From Balanoglossus misakiensis (Eukaryota > Animalia > Hemichordata), in contig CM082583.2 in NCBI GenBank assembly GCA_040954595.2, positions 11,173,656 to 11,237,655 on the forward strand: a DNA stretch of 64,000 nt. The letters run 5' to 3'. Positions 38,101 through 53,166 of the stretch are shown in pieces (within the stretch, counting starts at the first letter, position 1; each line of letters begins with the position of its first letter). The position numbers and the translations under genes were made by a program. The notes below the pieces were generated by a model. It was given only the letters and a program-made list of their open reading frames with translations, made no database searches and was not told the origin of the DNA.

Positions 38101-41100
38101 GGATGATCTCATGGGGTGAGATATGTATAGAACTCTATTCAGGTCAGCCAAATTTATATGACCGAGTCTCAAATTTCAGCAAATTGCCAAACTATGCAAT
38201 GTGTAGCTTTGCTTCACCGTATACAAAATGCTCTCACTTTTTCTAACTAAGCTTATAACTAAATGCAAAACATTTACGAGCTAAAAATTTGAACAATTTG
38301 AGTGAAAGTTTCACGTAGTGCGCTCTTTGTTACATTGTCCAGCTTCCAACTGTTCAAGTCCTTATTACTGTTATAATAACAATAGTCCATGCACTAATAC
38401 TCGCACATTCGACACAAATTGTCGCAGTGACTTTATTTAAAGGGCGACGATCAGTTTATGCACATGTGCCAAACCAGAAAATGCCGGTTTCATTAAATGA
38501 CTTATAGATTCTGAAGCCTTTGACAATGTGCAGGTGTGAAAGCAACTATGTGAAAGTTTATCCACCCTATCAATTGATGCTCAAGAAACGAGATCAAACA
38601 TGACGACGCTTGGGTAGAAAAGCCCACTGTCCACTGACATGCCGACAACGCATGAATCCACTGTCCAAGAAACAACAGACGAAAACACATTTTACCAAGT
38701 CACGACATAAATAATGTGTGAAAAGGTGAAAAGCACATATTGATTTCCGGCACAATACTGCCATCTTCCACTGGCAGGTACATTGATCATGATAATCATA
38801 ATCGTCACCCGATGGACTAACAGAATATATTGTTTGTCACAGTTGAACTGATCCTTCGTTTTAAACGTCCACCATAATCACAATAGACATATCAGTCATG
38901 TGATATTATTAACCACAATTGCCATCGGATGTTTACCAAACGTGCATGCATCGTCGAGGCTCGATCGAACGGAACGTTATCAGATTAGACCAATTTTAAA
39001 TATTTGAATGGAGCCCACGTACATCCCAGACTCATTCATATTGCAACAACAAGCTGCCAGACATTAATATAGCCTCTAACTGTCGCAAAAGCACAATAGA
39101 TATTCGGCATAATGTTCATATTTGTCATCGATCATGCTTCAGCAATATGAAAAGAATACTTTTCGTATACATTTTAATTTTTAATCATCTGTAATTCAAT
39201 AATCAGTTCCTTTTGATCTGTGATGCTCATTTTGCTGTAGGCAAATTAGTCCTTTAAAAATAGATGTATATTTTAAAGTAGATTTCACTGCTCTCTCACA
39301 TGCTGCCTTCCTCAAATACAAATGTTGTTGTTACCTTTTGGGGTGTGGGTAGGCAAAAACTTAAAACATTCACGAGCTACAATTCTGAAAACATGTACCG
39401 GTAGTACTAGCATTGATAATTTATACACAGACTCCACAAGTCAGTCCTATACACTTTCGGATTCTAATCCCACGAACCACAAAAAGATGCACTCCCTACA
39501 ATTTCTGGTTCAACCCTACAAACACAAAATGGTGCCGCTCTCCATTTGCTCACACTTCTGATGGTGTCCACGTTGTATCAAATATTTATCTACATTAAGC
39601 GGCGATTGAAATCTCTCCTTTTGCAAGTCTTGTGTAAACTCCACTCTTGGAATACTTGAGTAGTGGTGGACTGTGAAACTGTTAATCACAGAAAGGCAAT
39701 AAAGCCGTCCAAACATATACTGTGCTTTTGTAAGAAATAAAATCGTGAACGGCGTGTTTAGAAGAAGGAATTAAATCGTGATCTTCGTGTCTATATAAGA
39801 AACAAATACTGATTGAACCTACTGCAAGGCTCTTTCCTCATCATTGTTATGATTGATGAAAGGAACAGCCGCAGTTTTCAAGGCAAACCCAATTAATTGC
39901 CTGACCGCTTCTTGATTAGTCCCTAAAGTAATAATTTCGACATTAAAAGTTTGGTTATTCCATTGTTCACATCCACTTGGTACACGAGTCACGTGATTCG
40001 TTGACGTATTGTTGGAGTGGTGTACATTTTTCATTCTTGATTGTCAAGGAAACATTCGTACGAACTCATTTTGTTCATGGAATAATTTTCAATTTTACAT
40101 GTAAATAGGTCGCTTTTCAGAAAACAACGAACACTGAGATGCTTGAGGTCTTTTAGTAGGAAGGTAATTGGCAGTTCAATGTCACAATATGCCATGTCAT
40201 TTCTGTCTGTATTCAGTGAACATTTTATTGCCGCTCAGATCACCGGTATTAGATTGAGCAGTGTGTCCTCGCCCGAGAGGATAGCTGTGATTGTTGGCTG
40301 GGGAGACAAGGCTCCTGAGGCAACTGAACTTGGCTCATCTCATGTACCCCCACGGATGGGCTGCACATCATTGAGCTTGAATCACTTTCATCTTGGCCAG
40401 GGGTTTGATGTACCGGTACTACAAAATCTGTGTCATGGATTTTAAATAATCAGAAATGAGAAAAAACATTGGTTGTTGTTCTTCAAAACGCTTGTTTACA
40501 TTACATGTGTCTTCATTCACGGAGTATTTCAGAGATGGAGGAAATGACGAATTGCTTAAATATCTTACCAAATTTTCACGGCCAATAGAATGTTTCTGAA
40601 TTAACTACCATAACATACAGTAATGGTAATTGTGAGTAGCAATTAATTCACATTATTTTAAATTTCCGAATTAGTCGATTGTTTAAATGTCACAGGAGAA
40701 TTCTTCTGAAGAATCCCAAGAAGCCGTCCACTCACGTCAATGTGCAATACGTGACAGTAAACTAAAAAAATATTTACTATGGCAAAAGTATTCGTCATAT
40801 TTTACAATAACAAGGCTAATTATACTCCATTCAATTTATCCATTATGTTGGGGTTGAAGTGTGCAACCTGCTTCTCTTACTGCTTGAAAACAACACGCGT
40901 CATTGCGGAGTAACCGTGAAAACAATATACCGGTACAATTCACTGTTTTAGCGATATCTGTTTTGAGCATAGCCGTTCAAAGATACACATTACTGTGTGT
41001 AAGAATATAGTATGTATGCAATCAATTTATAGGTGGTGGAGGACTAAGTCTAGTTTATTCTGTTGTCTGATCTGAACAAAACTATGCCTACTGACTCCAA

Positions 41101-44100
41101 TTTCTTTTTGCGACAGTGATAATGTCACTAAGTGTATAATAATGTAGGTTTTATGAACCACATATAATGTAAAGTAAAGCATAAAATTGAAAGAAATAAA
41201 AGATGTACACAGCTGCTTTGGGTTAACCTGTTCATTTATCATTGCCCTTAGTTTTAAACCTTAGGAAACATGCTGACGATCAAAACGACTAATGAAGTCC
41301 ATATTATAAAACTCCTGGTCGTAAACACATTGTCCTGACGACTTCAAGTGGCTGTTAAGAACTGCTACACGAAGATTATCACCTGATAAATCCTGCAACT
41401 AAGTGAATTAATACAACCTCCTTAAAAATTGTGGCTTCCCAATTTACAGAATAATATGCCGTTAAATTGCGACGTGGTATTTTTCATCATTACAAGACGA
41501 AAAAGTGTAACGAGCGATCACATTGGTTTTATTATTACTGGGGTTGATTTTACTTCAATTATTAGACAAGGTCTGAACGCGCCAGGAATGAGGTGATTAC
41601 AGATATACAGTTACCTCCAATTTACATATGTCCATAAATGGCTATGAAATGATGTATCTGAGCATTCTAAAGAAGATAAGGTGGCTCTTTTCTTTCATGT
41701 GTGCCACCCACTGAAAATCTGTAATTGGCTAGATCTCAATTCACCATGGTAACACCTTTAAAGTCAGCTCAGGTATCTATGTCTGTAAATGGAGACATAC
41801 TAAGTTTTACCCTCCAATCAGCAGTACAGCTAACTTGTCTGCAAATGGAATGTTCCAGGAACCTTCTTTATGTCATTGAATGTGATAAAATAGCAACTTT
41901 ATTTCTGAATTCTACTGTGAAACTATGAATGATATGTTTTGACCTGCTTTTTGATGTTGGGAATTCATGATGCAGGCAGGCAATCTAGTTAAGGGGGCAA
42001 ACATCCAGGTATGATATCGGTGGTTGCCAAGGCAATTAATATAATAAAGCGTGGCATTCAATTCATTTGCCAAACAAGATGAAATTACATGGATAATGAA
42101 TTTCATTTCTTTCCACACCAAAACTGATGCAATCATATTTAGCATTTTAGAAAAATGCTTTCATTACATACATAAGCTTATAGTTGTGAAACTTAGGATA
42201 GAAAATATGTACAACAACAGCTTATCATTATTACCATCAGCAGAAAACCAGAGCCCAAGGGCAAACTACAAATCATGATATCCAAAGTTTAATACGTGCT
42301 GAATTTATTACACTGGAAACTCGATATTGCATAATAACATTGTGGCAAGTTTTGTGAGTACGTGATGACAATTCTGCGTTGAAATAATGTGTTATACATA
42401 AAAAACAACCCAAAGGGACTATGAGTTTGGCCTCGTAAAGAGACGCCAGCTGCAATGTACAAGATTGCAATCTCCTGAGTGCATATCCATGTTAATAAGC
42501 CCAGAATGGCAAATTGGAAGACCATATGGTCCCATTCTTCAAAATTGGTCCTTCAGGGTAGTACATGTATATTAATATTTATGTATATATCGAAATTTGG
42601 TGCGGAACTAGAGCCGATGTAGATACCCCTTTACACGGAAAAAGTGACTTGAATAAATGCTTTTTTTATTATACGGGCAGAGCTCTGTATAACTGCCATG
42701 TCTTGAGGTATATTCGGTCTGTTTGACCGTGAATACACTTAGCTCCAAAACCAAATTGGTTTCGGAGACTGTAACGGCAATAATTCTGTTGTCAGTCACA
42801 TTTTCTGGTTCCCACGGGAACGAATTCACTAACTATATGTTTCCGTTACGACATTCAATTGATTAATGGTCTTAAAAGTGTCTCTTTCTAGTTTGAGACC
42901 ATTAATTGCTCACTTAGAGCGAATGTAGATAACAACATATTAGTCTATCAGAATCAAAACAGTTTAATGAGCTGCCTATGGGGCAGACAATATTGTCTGC
43001 ACTAGCGTATTTTCATATCATTTATATCATTCTTAACGTTACTTGATATTGCAAGATACCATTAAAAATTAGAAACTATCTAGCTCAGTAAGCAAGTACA
43101 TATACTAAGTAAATAGTAAGTTGATAAGTTGATTACTCTTTTGCAAAAAGTCTTTCGTGTTAATGAGAGAAGGTATTTAAAGACGCAAAAGGGGTCAATA
43201 CGTCACTTTGATACAGTCAATTATGTTCGAAATATAATTCATGAAATAGCTTTTGATAATGTTAATGATACCATATAATTAGCTGAAGTAAACCTATATT
43301 GATGTGATTATACATTGTGCTTCGCTCTTACTGTAACCATCTTAAATGATTTGCTATACATTAGCTCGAACCAAATTATACCAATACTAGCATAACTGGC
43401 TGTTATACCACTATAGTAAAATGCCTCTGGTAATATCTGGGCCAACAGATGATTTACGCTAACTTCCCTATGTGAAGGAACTGTTTATTTGACCAATAAC
43501 AAACCAACTCTTGCCAGGACAATGAATGGTCATGGGTGATTTGTGCCTCGATGTACTTTTGTCAACCGCCCACACAGTCGCATGATGTGCTACGAGCCTT
43601 AAATATTTACTTGACAGGTTTCAGTTAAAACTCCGGGAGAGCTGCAGAGTACAAATCCGTAAGCCTGTAAATGGCGAATCTCAGCCGAGGACATTCCAAT
43701 TAAATTACGCCATCTGCCACAAGAGAATAAGGTACCTGCCATTTTCTGTCACCACTGGCCGACTGCGTCTCATTTATTATTTAGCTTCATAATTTATCAA
43801 TTGTGGACGTAAAATCGCTAAAAGTTTTAACTTGATTACCGATGTGGCCTGTGTTGATCTGCCATGACACTATTACTGCTAGCATGTCCTCTTTAAATAT
43901 TCATCATTTTCTCCCTGCAGAACTTCAGGTGACGTGTAGACTTTATGCCGTCATGTGTAAGTGATATCGCGCAGAGGAAGAAAAGTTTACAATTAATTGG
44001 CAATCATTTTGCAAAAGAGTTAAAGTAGCGATATTTGGTTTTATTTTTGTTTCATTGTTAGGTCTCTTTGGGAAAAATGTTACTAAATAGAGATTATTCA

Positions 44101-45053
44101 CACCGAACATTTCAATGCAGTTTTCCCTAACTTTACAGTACAGAATACATGTAATGAGATAGTAATCGCTGGTATCACCAGACCCCAAACCAATCACTGA
44201 CAGGAGGCCGATCACAAAAATAAGACAATTGACTTCCTTCCTTTGAGTCGAGTCGATCCAACTATGCACAAAACAAGAAGGAATGCACCTTATGATGTAA
44301 TTTCTAATTTTCAAACTGCACACATGACATGTTGCTGTTGATGTGGAGGTCAATAAAAATGATTGGCAGGGGAAATTCTGTAGCACAAGAAGAAGAAAAT
44401 ACTATTAATGTTTAGCTAATCACTCATATTACATTTCTGGTCCATTTTACTCTACGTGATGCCCACTGACATGCAACGGCATTCATTAAAACGACTAAAT
44501 TATATTCATGAAGGTACCGCAATTACATGAGAATACCTACTGTGATTGCAGTACCTCCCTCGAATGGCCACACAATTAAGCCCATTGTAAGTATTCTCTA
44601 TTGGGGTTACAGACGGACAAGCATCGACATTGCAAACCAAGAGGGCGGGCGGGTGGATTGCCAGTTGCCTTCGGTTGATTTAGAATACCTAGGCGTGAGT
44701 CCTAGTAGCAGTAAAATAAACTTAAGGGACTTGATCGTGATTTTCAATTTGAATAATGATCGTGTCTCAGCAGCACAGCTTACAATGTCAAGAGGTCATC
44801 ACAACAGAGAGATAGAGTGAGTCACGTGCATAAAAATAAAATACAATCAATGTATCTGCACTTATCCTTGGATCAAACTGCAAGCAATACAATCAATTAC
44901 TGTTTGTCTTGTCTAGCTCATTTCACAGAGTAGCTCTATCAGCACCACTGTAAATCAGATTTATCCCTGAATAAAGATATGAGTCAACCTTTCTCTTGTA
45001 TCAAATCAAATATGTATTTTCGTCAACCAAATCAAGACAAATTAACTATAATC

Positions 45054-45083
45054 ATGTATGTATGTATGTATGTATGTATGTAT
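45054..45083. repeat. (ATGT)7 microsatellite
   Basis: Directly visible. Confidence 0.9.
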
Positions 45084-47643
45084 CATTGGGAATTTGAGTA
45101 CAGTTATACGTGGCAAGCTGACTACACTGTGCGCATGCAACTATAAAGACAATTATGTTCAATTTCTCAGTTTTTTTATGTTTATACCAGTACGGTACTT
45201 GTGTGTCATTTTAAGATGGATTATTAAACCTCGCAGAATTTTATAGTGGCAGCTGCCGTTGCATATTGGCAATTCTCATCAGCAGCTGATTAAAAGGACA
45301 TTCGCCCTCCCTGTATTTCCAACAATAATGCACATTCGCATGCATATTTATGATATACATTTCAGTGATTTGGTTTCCATTGGCAACAGCTGCAGCCATG
45401 GTAACCAAGATAGAGTTTGAAAAGAAGAGTCTATCCAATAGAATATTATGTATGTTGCCGTTAGTAAATCGGGGGTTCTATGGCTGAGATTTATGTAAAC
45501 TAATCCTGTATTGAATATTTAGCCGGTAACATAATACTAGTAATCCACGTCCTTGCACTGGACTGGTTGTCACTTAACATATTTTTGTTGTTGAAAGACT
45601 AAATCTCGCAGCAGGACGCAGGTGTCAATATTTGAGATATTAAGATTTGAATATTCCGAAAAGGTAAACAATTGGTCACATTAAAATTGTCTAGAACTGT
45701 CCTTTGATGTAAAATCTGGCTGTGCTGGGAGAGTAGCAAAACTAGTTATACCTAAGGGTCTGTAGTTGCTCATGAAGCATTCTTACGGCAGTGAACGTTG
45801 AGCACCAGTAATGGAGCATTGTAGTACCGGGTATGTATACGTTGCCAACTCAGAATAGAGCTACATGTAATTTAAACATGGGCTAGGTTCTCTGGTGTAC
45901 CTGTCCTGAGTTTGGTGAAAAAGAGTCCAATTGAAAAATGAGATATGGAAGTGCTTGAAGCAGTTACAGGATATAGTAACATAAATTTAAAGCAATGAGG
46001 CAGGTCAACGTACAATAGAAATATAATATGTTCATCTTGCTCGTTGTCGTGTCAGTCATCGCTTCAGCAGCTTTAACCTATACCATGACGTAATTTTAGA
46101 TCTGTCCTATCTTCAACCAACTGCTATAGCGCGAGATGTGCGTAACAGAAAAATTAAGCAACGAACGTCCTTTATAAAGGGATGTTATCCACGCAATAAA
46201 ACATGGAATGTGATATGTCGTACCTGTCTTCATAAAGGAAATGATTGGTCTCGGCAACAGCTTGGCTATTATCGAATTTCTTCATTTTGAAGACTACAAA
46301 CCATTCCAATAAAACTAGCCTATTTCCATAAAATGTCTTCTACGTTGACAAAAAAACATGATTCGATTTTATGGATCATTTGCTATTTTCACGCAGCTCT
46401 GTTTTAATGAGTCCTGTTGACGGCAGGAGCATTCCGTCGACAGGGTCAATCCAAATTGATTTGTCGTATGTTTTGACAGCGATATGTTTTCATCACGAAA
46501 ACCCGTTGTGATTTGTATACGGATGTCACATTGTCAGGTTTTGTTCAAAACAGGGTTGAAAATAGTGTTTGTTGTTCACATTCTGGTACACGGTGTATGT
46601 ACTTCCTGATAAAAAGATACCAGGCACCATCATGGTTATTGTGCTTTCTTACACAGAGATGTGCTTTACTGCGCTGAAGATGCCTTTGATTGAGAAAGCC
46701 AGCCTGAGGGGACGACACTAACCGAGCTCATCAAAGCCATCCAAAGATGTAAACAGGCTTTCAGATATCCTCATATTCAGCAGAATGTTGAACCAACCCC
46801 CGTAAAACGTGCTCTATTTTGAAGAGTTCTTATATCTGCAACACTGTGTTTATTCAACCATATCATGGGTTTATCACATGTCGCATAGCGCATGATGTAA
46901 CATCAGACGTCATCGCCAGACACACTATAGACACAAACAGTTCGAATTCACTGAGAACTATAACCCATTAGACTGCCTCTTGGGGAATAAGATGACATGC
47001 TCGTTTGCGTAACTCTCTATAAAAATAGGAGCTGGTTTCTTTCCATAACCAACTTAAATGGGCTAAGTACATGTAAGTTTAGTTCAATTCCCTTTATGAA
47101 TAACGTTGATTGGGTATTCTAAACGTTAGCATCAGAATAATATAAAGTCAGTCTTCATTTCCAACACGGACAGTCCAGGAAAAACTTAGTACAGTCACCT
47201 CATTGTGGTAATTTTAGTGTTTATAGGGTACACGGCAAACAAGATCTTCCAGAACACAGCGCATGACATTACATCCAAGAGTTAACTAACGATCCTTTGC
47301 ATTTATTGTGGCAGTCCTCGTAATTTACATTGTGGGCACCATATTGTGAGTAATCGACAACAACGTACATCTGGCAGTATGAGCTTGAAGTGTAAATGCC
47401 AAAGATATTATAATTTGTATAGGGTTCACATACATTAAAAAGTGTAGACAAACCCAGACTACCTTAAAATAGGTCGGTGGATTTCTAGCTAGTACCGGTG
47501 GTTATGTTACCAAAATATGCTGAGATGGGCATGAGTACCCTCACTTTTGATAATCTGCAAATCGCCAAGCAAGTGAGAATCCAAAAATTGAAATTTTTGT
47601 TTTCCTCTGGATTCAATCCACTCCATCACGTCTTTTCATAAAC

Positions 47644-47711
47644 TATTTATTTATTTATTATTAATCTATCTATTTATTTATTTATTTATTATTAATCTAT
47701 CTATTTATTTA
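47644..47711. repeat. (TATT)n microsatellite with a duplicated ~30-bp unit
   Basis: tatttatttatttattattaatctatc occurs twice. Confidence 0.85.
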
Positions 47712-48257
47712 TGTATACTATTGATTAAATCGAATGAATACAATAAATATGTATCCTTTCATTGTGTGACCTGCTTTCTGATTTAGACACTGCAGTGTGC
47801 GAGAGCAGACGATGAAAAGAGGTATGGAAATGTTTTTGCAATCATTACCACCTGCGCACATTGTTCATCTTGAGGAGTAGCAAACTTCAATCCACTGTCT
47901 CTGTCTATTCTATTTCAGCGTGAACTGCACTAACGCGACGTGTTACATTCTAAAGGGAATTTTCCTGCTAAAGGCTGGGTTTCAGATCACCTTAATACTC
48001 GGGCTCTAAGCGGATTGAATGTTAGATATTAAGTTCAGCATGACCCATCAGATAACTATTATCACTCACCGAGGACCAGTCCCGAAAGAGGCGTCTTGTC
48101 ACCTAGGAAGTCTTCTTGAATCCTCTCCTTGTGTAATCTGCTTTCTTGATTATATCCCTGTAGGCTGTAGCCTGAAACAACGACACAGAGGGTCTCTCAG
48201 TATTATAAGAAGTCAACCCTTTGCATAATCTGAGTTAAAAACTGTAAGACTATTGAC

Positions 48258-48298
48258 TATGTATGTATGTATATGTGTGTGTGTATGTATGTATGTGT
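48258..48298. repeat. Compound (TATG)n/(TG)n microsatellite
   Basis: Directly visible. Confidence 0.8.
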
Positions 48299-48393
48299 AC
48301 CTGCATGTTTACTAATTTGGTCCAATTGTATTTCGTCATTGCTCAGTAAATCCTACTAAAATAAATATAATATATTGAGATCTTACCCCCAGA

Positions 48394-48435
48394 AAGAATT
48401 TATATGTAACATTTAAGAATTTATATGTAACATTT
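48394..48435. repeat. Perfect 21-bp tandem duplication
   Basis: aagaatttatatgtaacattt occurs twice in tandem. Confidence 0.9.
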
Positions 48436-48629
48436 GGGGAAGTTAACCTTTTAAAATATATAATAAGAGGATTTGTGTGTGTACAAGTACTGAAAGCCCT
48501 ATAGACATGTATGTAACAAGGCAGGTAATTTCATCAATCCAGGGTCGTTTGCCTTAATTATTTCATCATGTTGTAGTTTGTTTTTCTTATTCATCAATAC
48601 CACAAAAAATGCACTAAAAATTTTAATTT

Positions 48630-48771
48630 TCTTACCAATCATCATGACGCGGATAGTACAGCACAGCCACTGCAGTACTATAGCACTGTATTGTACTGCA
48701 CTGTACTGTCACTGTGCTGAATATACTGCCGTGACTGTGCTGTACCATTCGTGTCTTGATGATCGGTAAGA
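48630..48771. repeat. Imperfect inverted repeat/hairpin (~57-bp arms, CTGTA-like loop); probable decayed MITE
   Basis: Left arm tcttaccaatcatcatgacgcggatagtacagcacagccactgcagta versus reverse complement of right arm tcttaccgatcatcaagacacgaatggtacagcacagtcacggcagta. Confidence 0.75.
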
Positions 48772-51700
48772 TAAATACAAAGTGACCGTTAAGGTGGATT
48801 GATTCCATCACCTTACCCTCCCCGGGCATATTGCATTCAACATGCAAATTACCAAAGAAGATGACTCATCCTCCACACCCTGCCACAGGCGCTAATCATG
48901 TTGGCATATGTTGGATAGTTCTTTAGAGAAACTGTTATGTACAAGAACTGTTATAGAGAGCCAAATTTTACACCTAAGGCAGTACTGGTAATGCAATGCA
49001 TTGATTTTTCTGGGTGATAATTAGCATGGCATATGTTTGAATGCTGTTGTTTAATGCTTAGGTTCGACCTTTGCCGACACTGGATACATAAGTGAAATGT
49101 CAGAGAAATCCGTCATTTTGGAATGAGAAGTGCACATCCATTTTGAATGAGTCTTGAGCACGTGGGCACGGGTGTGGTTTTGTCCACATTGTGGAAGAAT
49201 ATATGAAATGCGGGAAATACTGGGGCTAAACAGTCTTAGTACCCCTCACCAAGACTGTGGTATCCAAATTCTCTCACAAAAAGTACTTCTGGTGTATACA
49301 TCCTATGTTTGCCAGTACGTATTTGTGCCCCCCCCCCCCCCCCTTGGTGTGTGGTTTTCAATTTTTAACAATTTGGTCTAAGCGGGGTAGTGCAAAATTG
49401 ATACATTCAATTTTTACAAATTGGGTGACTATCTCGTTCATCTAATGTTCTGACAATAGTGCATGTCATTGTGTCAATGACTGATACAGATAAATTAATA
49501 TCTGTACAAATTATTTGCTGGTATATGTATAATTGCAAACTATTTAAAGATTCATAATCCAAACTGAATTTTGATCGGTCAAGGATAAGTCCTTAATTCG
49601 AAATTGCACCATTCCCCATTAACACATTTTAAACACCGGATTCTCCAAACCAGTAAGTCAAGCAACAGATGGTTTAGTTTTTACAAGTCATACCTAAGTG
49701 TAATGACCTCATTATAAGGAGTTGGGCAGCATCGAATTAACGTTCAGGTTGTGTTTGTGCATATTTGTCGAGGTCGAGGCCGTCAAACCCAATTTTGAAG
49801 GTACATGTAGTATGTTTACAGATATTAATTTAGAACAAAAAGAAATGTGGGTTTTATCTATTTAAAGTCATGAATGGCAGATGTTCATTGCAAGCGCTTG
49901 GAAGCATATGAATACAAATTACAGACTCCAACACTAATGGAGCAGAGAATTTGCCCTAATTTTTATATCATTAAATTTGCAGTTTAGGTTTTGTATACGT
50001 CAAGCTGTAGCGTTTAACCTATCCGTTAATATTTTGAGGTAGTTTGCGCCTCAAAAACCAAAGTCTTTAATTATTCGATCACTCAAACAGTGTTTCAATA
50101 CCATTAAATTATTTTTCTTCTTCTTTTTTAATTCTTACTATTAGATTGTTAGATAAAATACTTTGCGTTTACATCTGTTGAGTAAGAGACATAATATATG
50201 AGGTTGATGATTATTTAAATTCCCTGAATGAGTGTATAATTGATTATTAATAATATATAGACTTTTGCAACTAAAGATTTCATGTGAGGTTTGGTTTGAA
50301 AATTCAAGTGGGAGCTGTACTTTGAATTAATGATCACAAGCAATATGGTGCCAGACATTTAGTGATATCCTGGTTGAACGCTTTACATTGTTAAATAGCT
50401 GACTTTATTTGGCATCATTCGATTACCTTTCAGAGCCAATTTGCAAACTTAAGGCAGCTGTCACAACGCCATATGTCATATTGATTAACCTTCGTTCACT
50501 TCTCTTTTATTTCACAATCGATAATTTCCTTTTGCCCAAATACGCTATTTCGATGTTAGGGGCGTTACTCTGTCTGATTTAATACGAAGGCAACAAAGCT
50601 GGACTGGCAGAGATTTCTTTAGATGTTTGCAGGATTACAAACTTATCTGACTTCAATATGTATGACATCTGAGTTTTGCCAGCAGCCACCCAATTTCTGT
50701 GTTTATTTAAATTTTCAGAACCTTGCGTGGCACAGATGACAGTGAATACTCTGGCCAGCTATCTGGAGTTAGAGTGAGAATATAGCTCGAACACACAGCA
50801 TTAACTACCTTGATACATTACCTAAATAGGGCAGATATTCAACGGACATTAACATTTTCAGTAGACAACCACTCACTCACCCCCGAATGGCATCATTACT
50901 GAGCCTTGTGTGAGTCCACAAAATGCATTTTGCAAAACCCATACTTTGATGAGTTTTCCCAGCATGCAAAATACACATATGTTGTTGGCATTCATACTTT
51001 GTGCTATGTTGCTGAATTATTTAACAAACAGAGACAACCAGAATATGGTACAGTGTCTCCTTTGCCAGAAAAGATCAGGTATGATTTCATTTCTTTTCAT
51101 GATTATAATTCAACCTTAAAGGTAAATTCTGTGTGGAAATTGAACCTTCTAAAGCTTGACAACCTCTATTATTGCTATCTAGTTTTGCCGGCAGCTGGGA
51201 ATAGGAATCTGCAATAATCTTTCGCATTTACATTATAAATCAACTATCAGACAGCTTTGTCAAAGCTCCCAGTCTAGTAATAATTATTTTATGTATGGAG
51301 GCTTAAGATTTTCTTTTATTGGTCAATGTCTTATTTTCAGACTGATCGACCCATGGCATAATCAATGAAATTATTTAGGCACTAAATCTAGTACAGCAAA
51401 CATCCTCTTGTAAAAAGTTGGTACTGTTATTTAATTATTGAACACTTGGATTTTCTCTTGACAACAATATTCCAATGGAAGCTGTACTAATAAAACTTAA
51501 AAGCAACAAGGTTGACATACTTTTCTTAAAGGGGGCCCATTCTGTGAAAATAAATTGCCAACGCGTGATTTTACTGGGATTAGAAATTGAATTGCATTTT
51601 GGTGCAGGAGACGCCACGTGAGTTATATCAAAGATGAGTGGGGGACATTCAAATCGAAGGCATAATAACACTGATGCCATGTTATCAAATAATTCAGAAA

Positions 51701-53079
51701 TTACTTATCACACCGTAACTTTAAATTTACATTTTTCCAGAAAAAATGATAGAAAAATGTTACTTACAGTAGAGGATGTGCGCAGTGGAGGCTCCAGCCA
51801 GAAGAAAAGGCTCCGTCGATTTCCGTCTAGTCACTTTCCATGACCGATGGTTGATGTACATTATCTTCAATGAGGCAACCAGAATCTTGGAAAATCCAGT
51901 CCATGTTGTCACAGTCATGACCTTCACTTTCCCTTTGCTGTCAGAAATTACTCTGTGTAATGAATAGGTCGTTCTTGTCATTACATTCAGCCATGGTGTT
52001 TGTCAAAGATTGATGAGTTTCGAATAATGGAAGTAGCACCTCACTGACCATCTGACAACTATCCACTCAAAACGTGTCATTCACCAGGTGCATTTTAATT
52101 TTTATGAAGCCTGTGATTGGTTGATGTCATGTTGAAGTTGTTTAGCATACCAAGATCACAGGTGTGTCTTTAGTGCTATTGATATGGAAATTTCTGTGTG
52201 CATAGGTAGGGTTAATGACCATAAAATATCTCTTCTGGATGGAAAACCATATTCTTGGATTTCAGAGAAATTATGCATAATTTGATCTTTATAGCAAGGC
52301 GAGTACAATTGCTTTATATTATATGTTTGCAACTGTTTGTGTAACTTTTGATGTATAAACAAACATTGTTCAAATTATTTTTTACAATAAAAAACATTAC
52401 ATCATTCAACTAACCACAGACTGTTGTACTTACTGTGTTTCATGTTGCGTCTGGCGTGCGGTGTTCGGGTCGTGATACTTTCGTCTTGGGTCAGCGGAAG
52501 AAGTATTTTCATGGCGGTATATGCGTGGTTAGGGTATACGCTGTAATATTGTAAGTTTGCGCTGAAGCTGCATCCATCAGTTTTAACAAGAAAACAGTGA
52601 AATTTCACACACCATGGGGCAAAATCATGATTGTAGAATGTCGATATAAAATATTAAATCTCTATTCATATTTGAGTGACATGAATATTTAATACCAGAT
52701 CGAAGTAGCCGTTTTTAAATTTTCAGCTGTTTTCTTGAAATCGGATGCAATGTATGATTAGAACATTTACCTGGCAGATTTACAATTAATTGGCCTTTTA
52801 TTTATATAGATTGCTATTTGAACGGATGTAGTGAACTCTTTAATTGTGATTTAATGCAAGCTGGAAGAAAAAAGCTACATGTAGCAGCCCTACCCCCAGC
52901 ATCAACAGGGATATGCTTTCCGGCCATTACAAACTCAAGGCCTCTGATATTTTTCTCCTCTAGAGTCGATTGAAGTTTTATTTGGTTGATCATAGGCTTG
53001 GCAGGTGGTGTTGGATTGAATCGACGATGGGTCAAGGACTTTGAAAAAAAATTCATAAATTAACTGCTTAGATATGGGA

Positions 53080-53166
53080 GAGGCAGAGACAGAGAGCGAC
53101 AGACAGACAGACACAGAATAACCATCTTTAGTAACATATCAACCAAACACACACACACATACACAG
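53080..53166. repeat. GA/GACA and CA simple repeats (similar tract at 11750-11800)
   Basis: agacagacagacac and acacacacacatacac. Confidence 0.7.
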
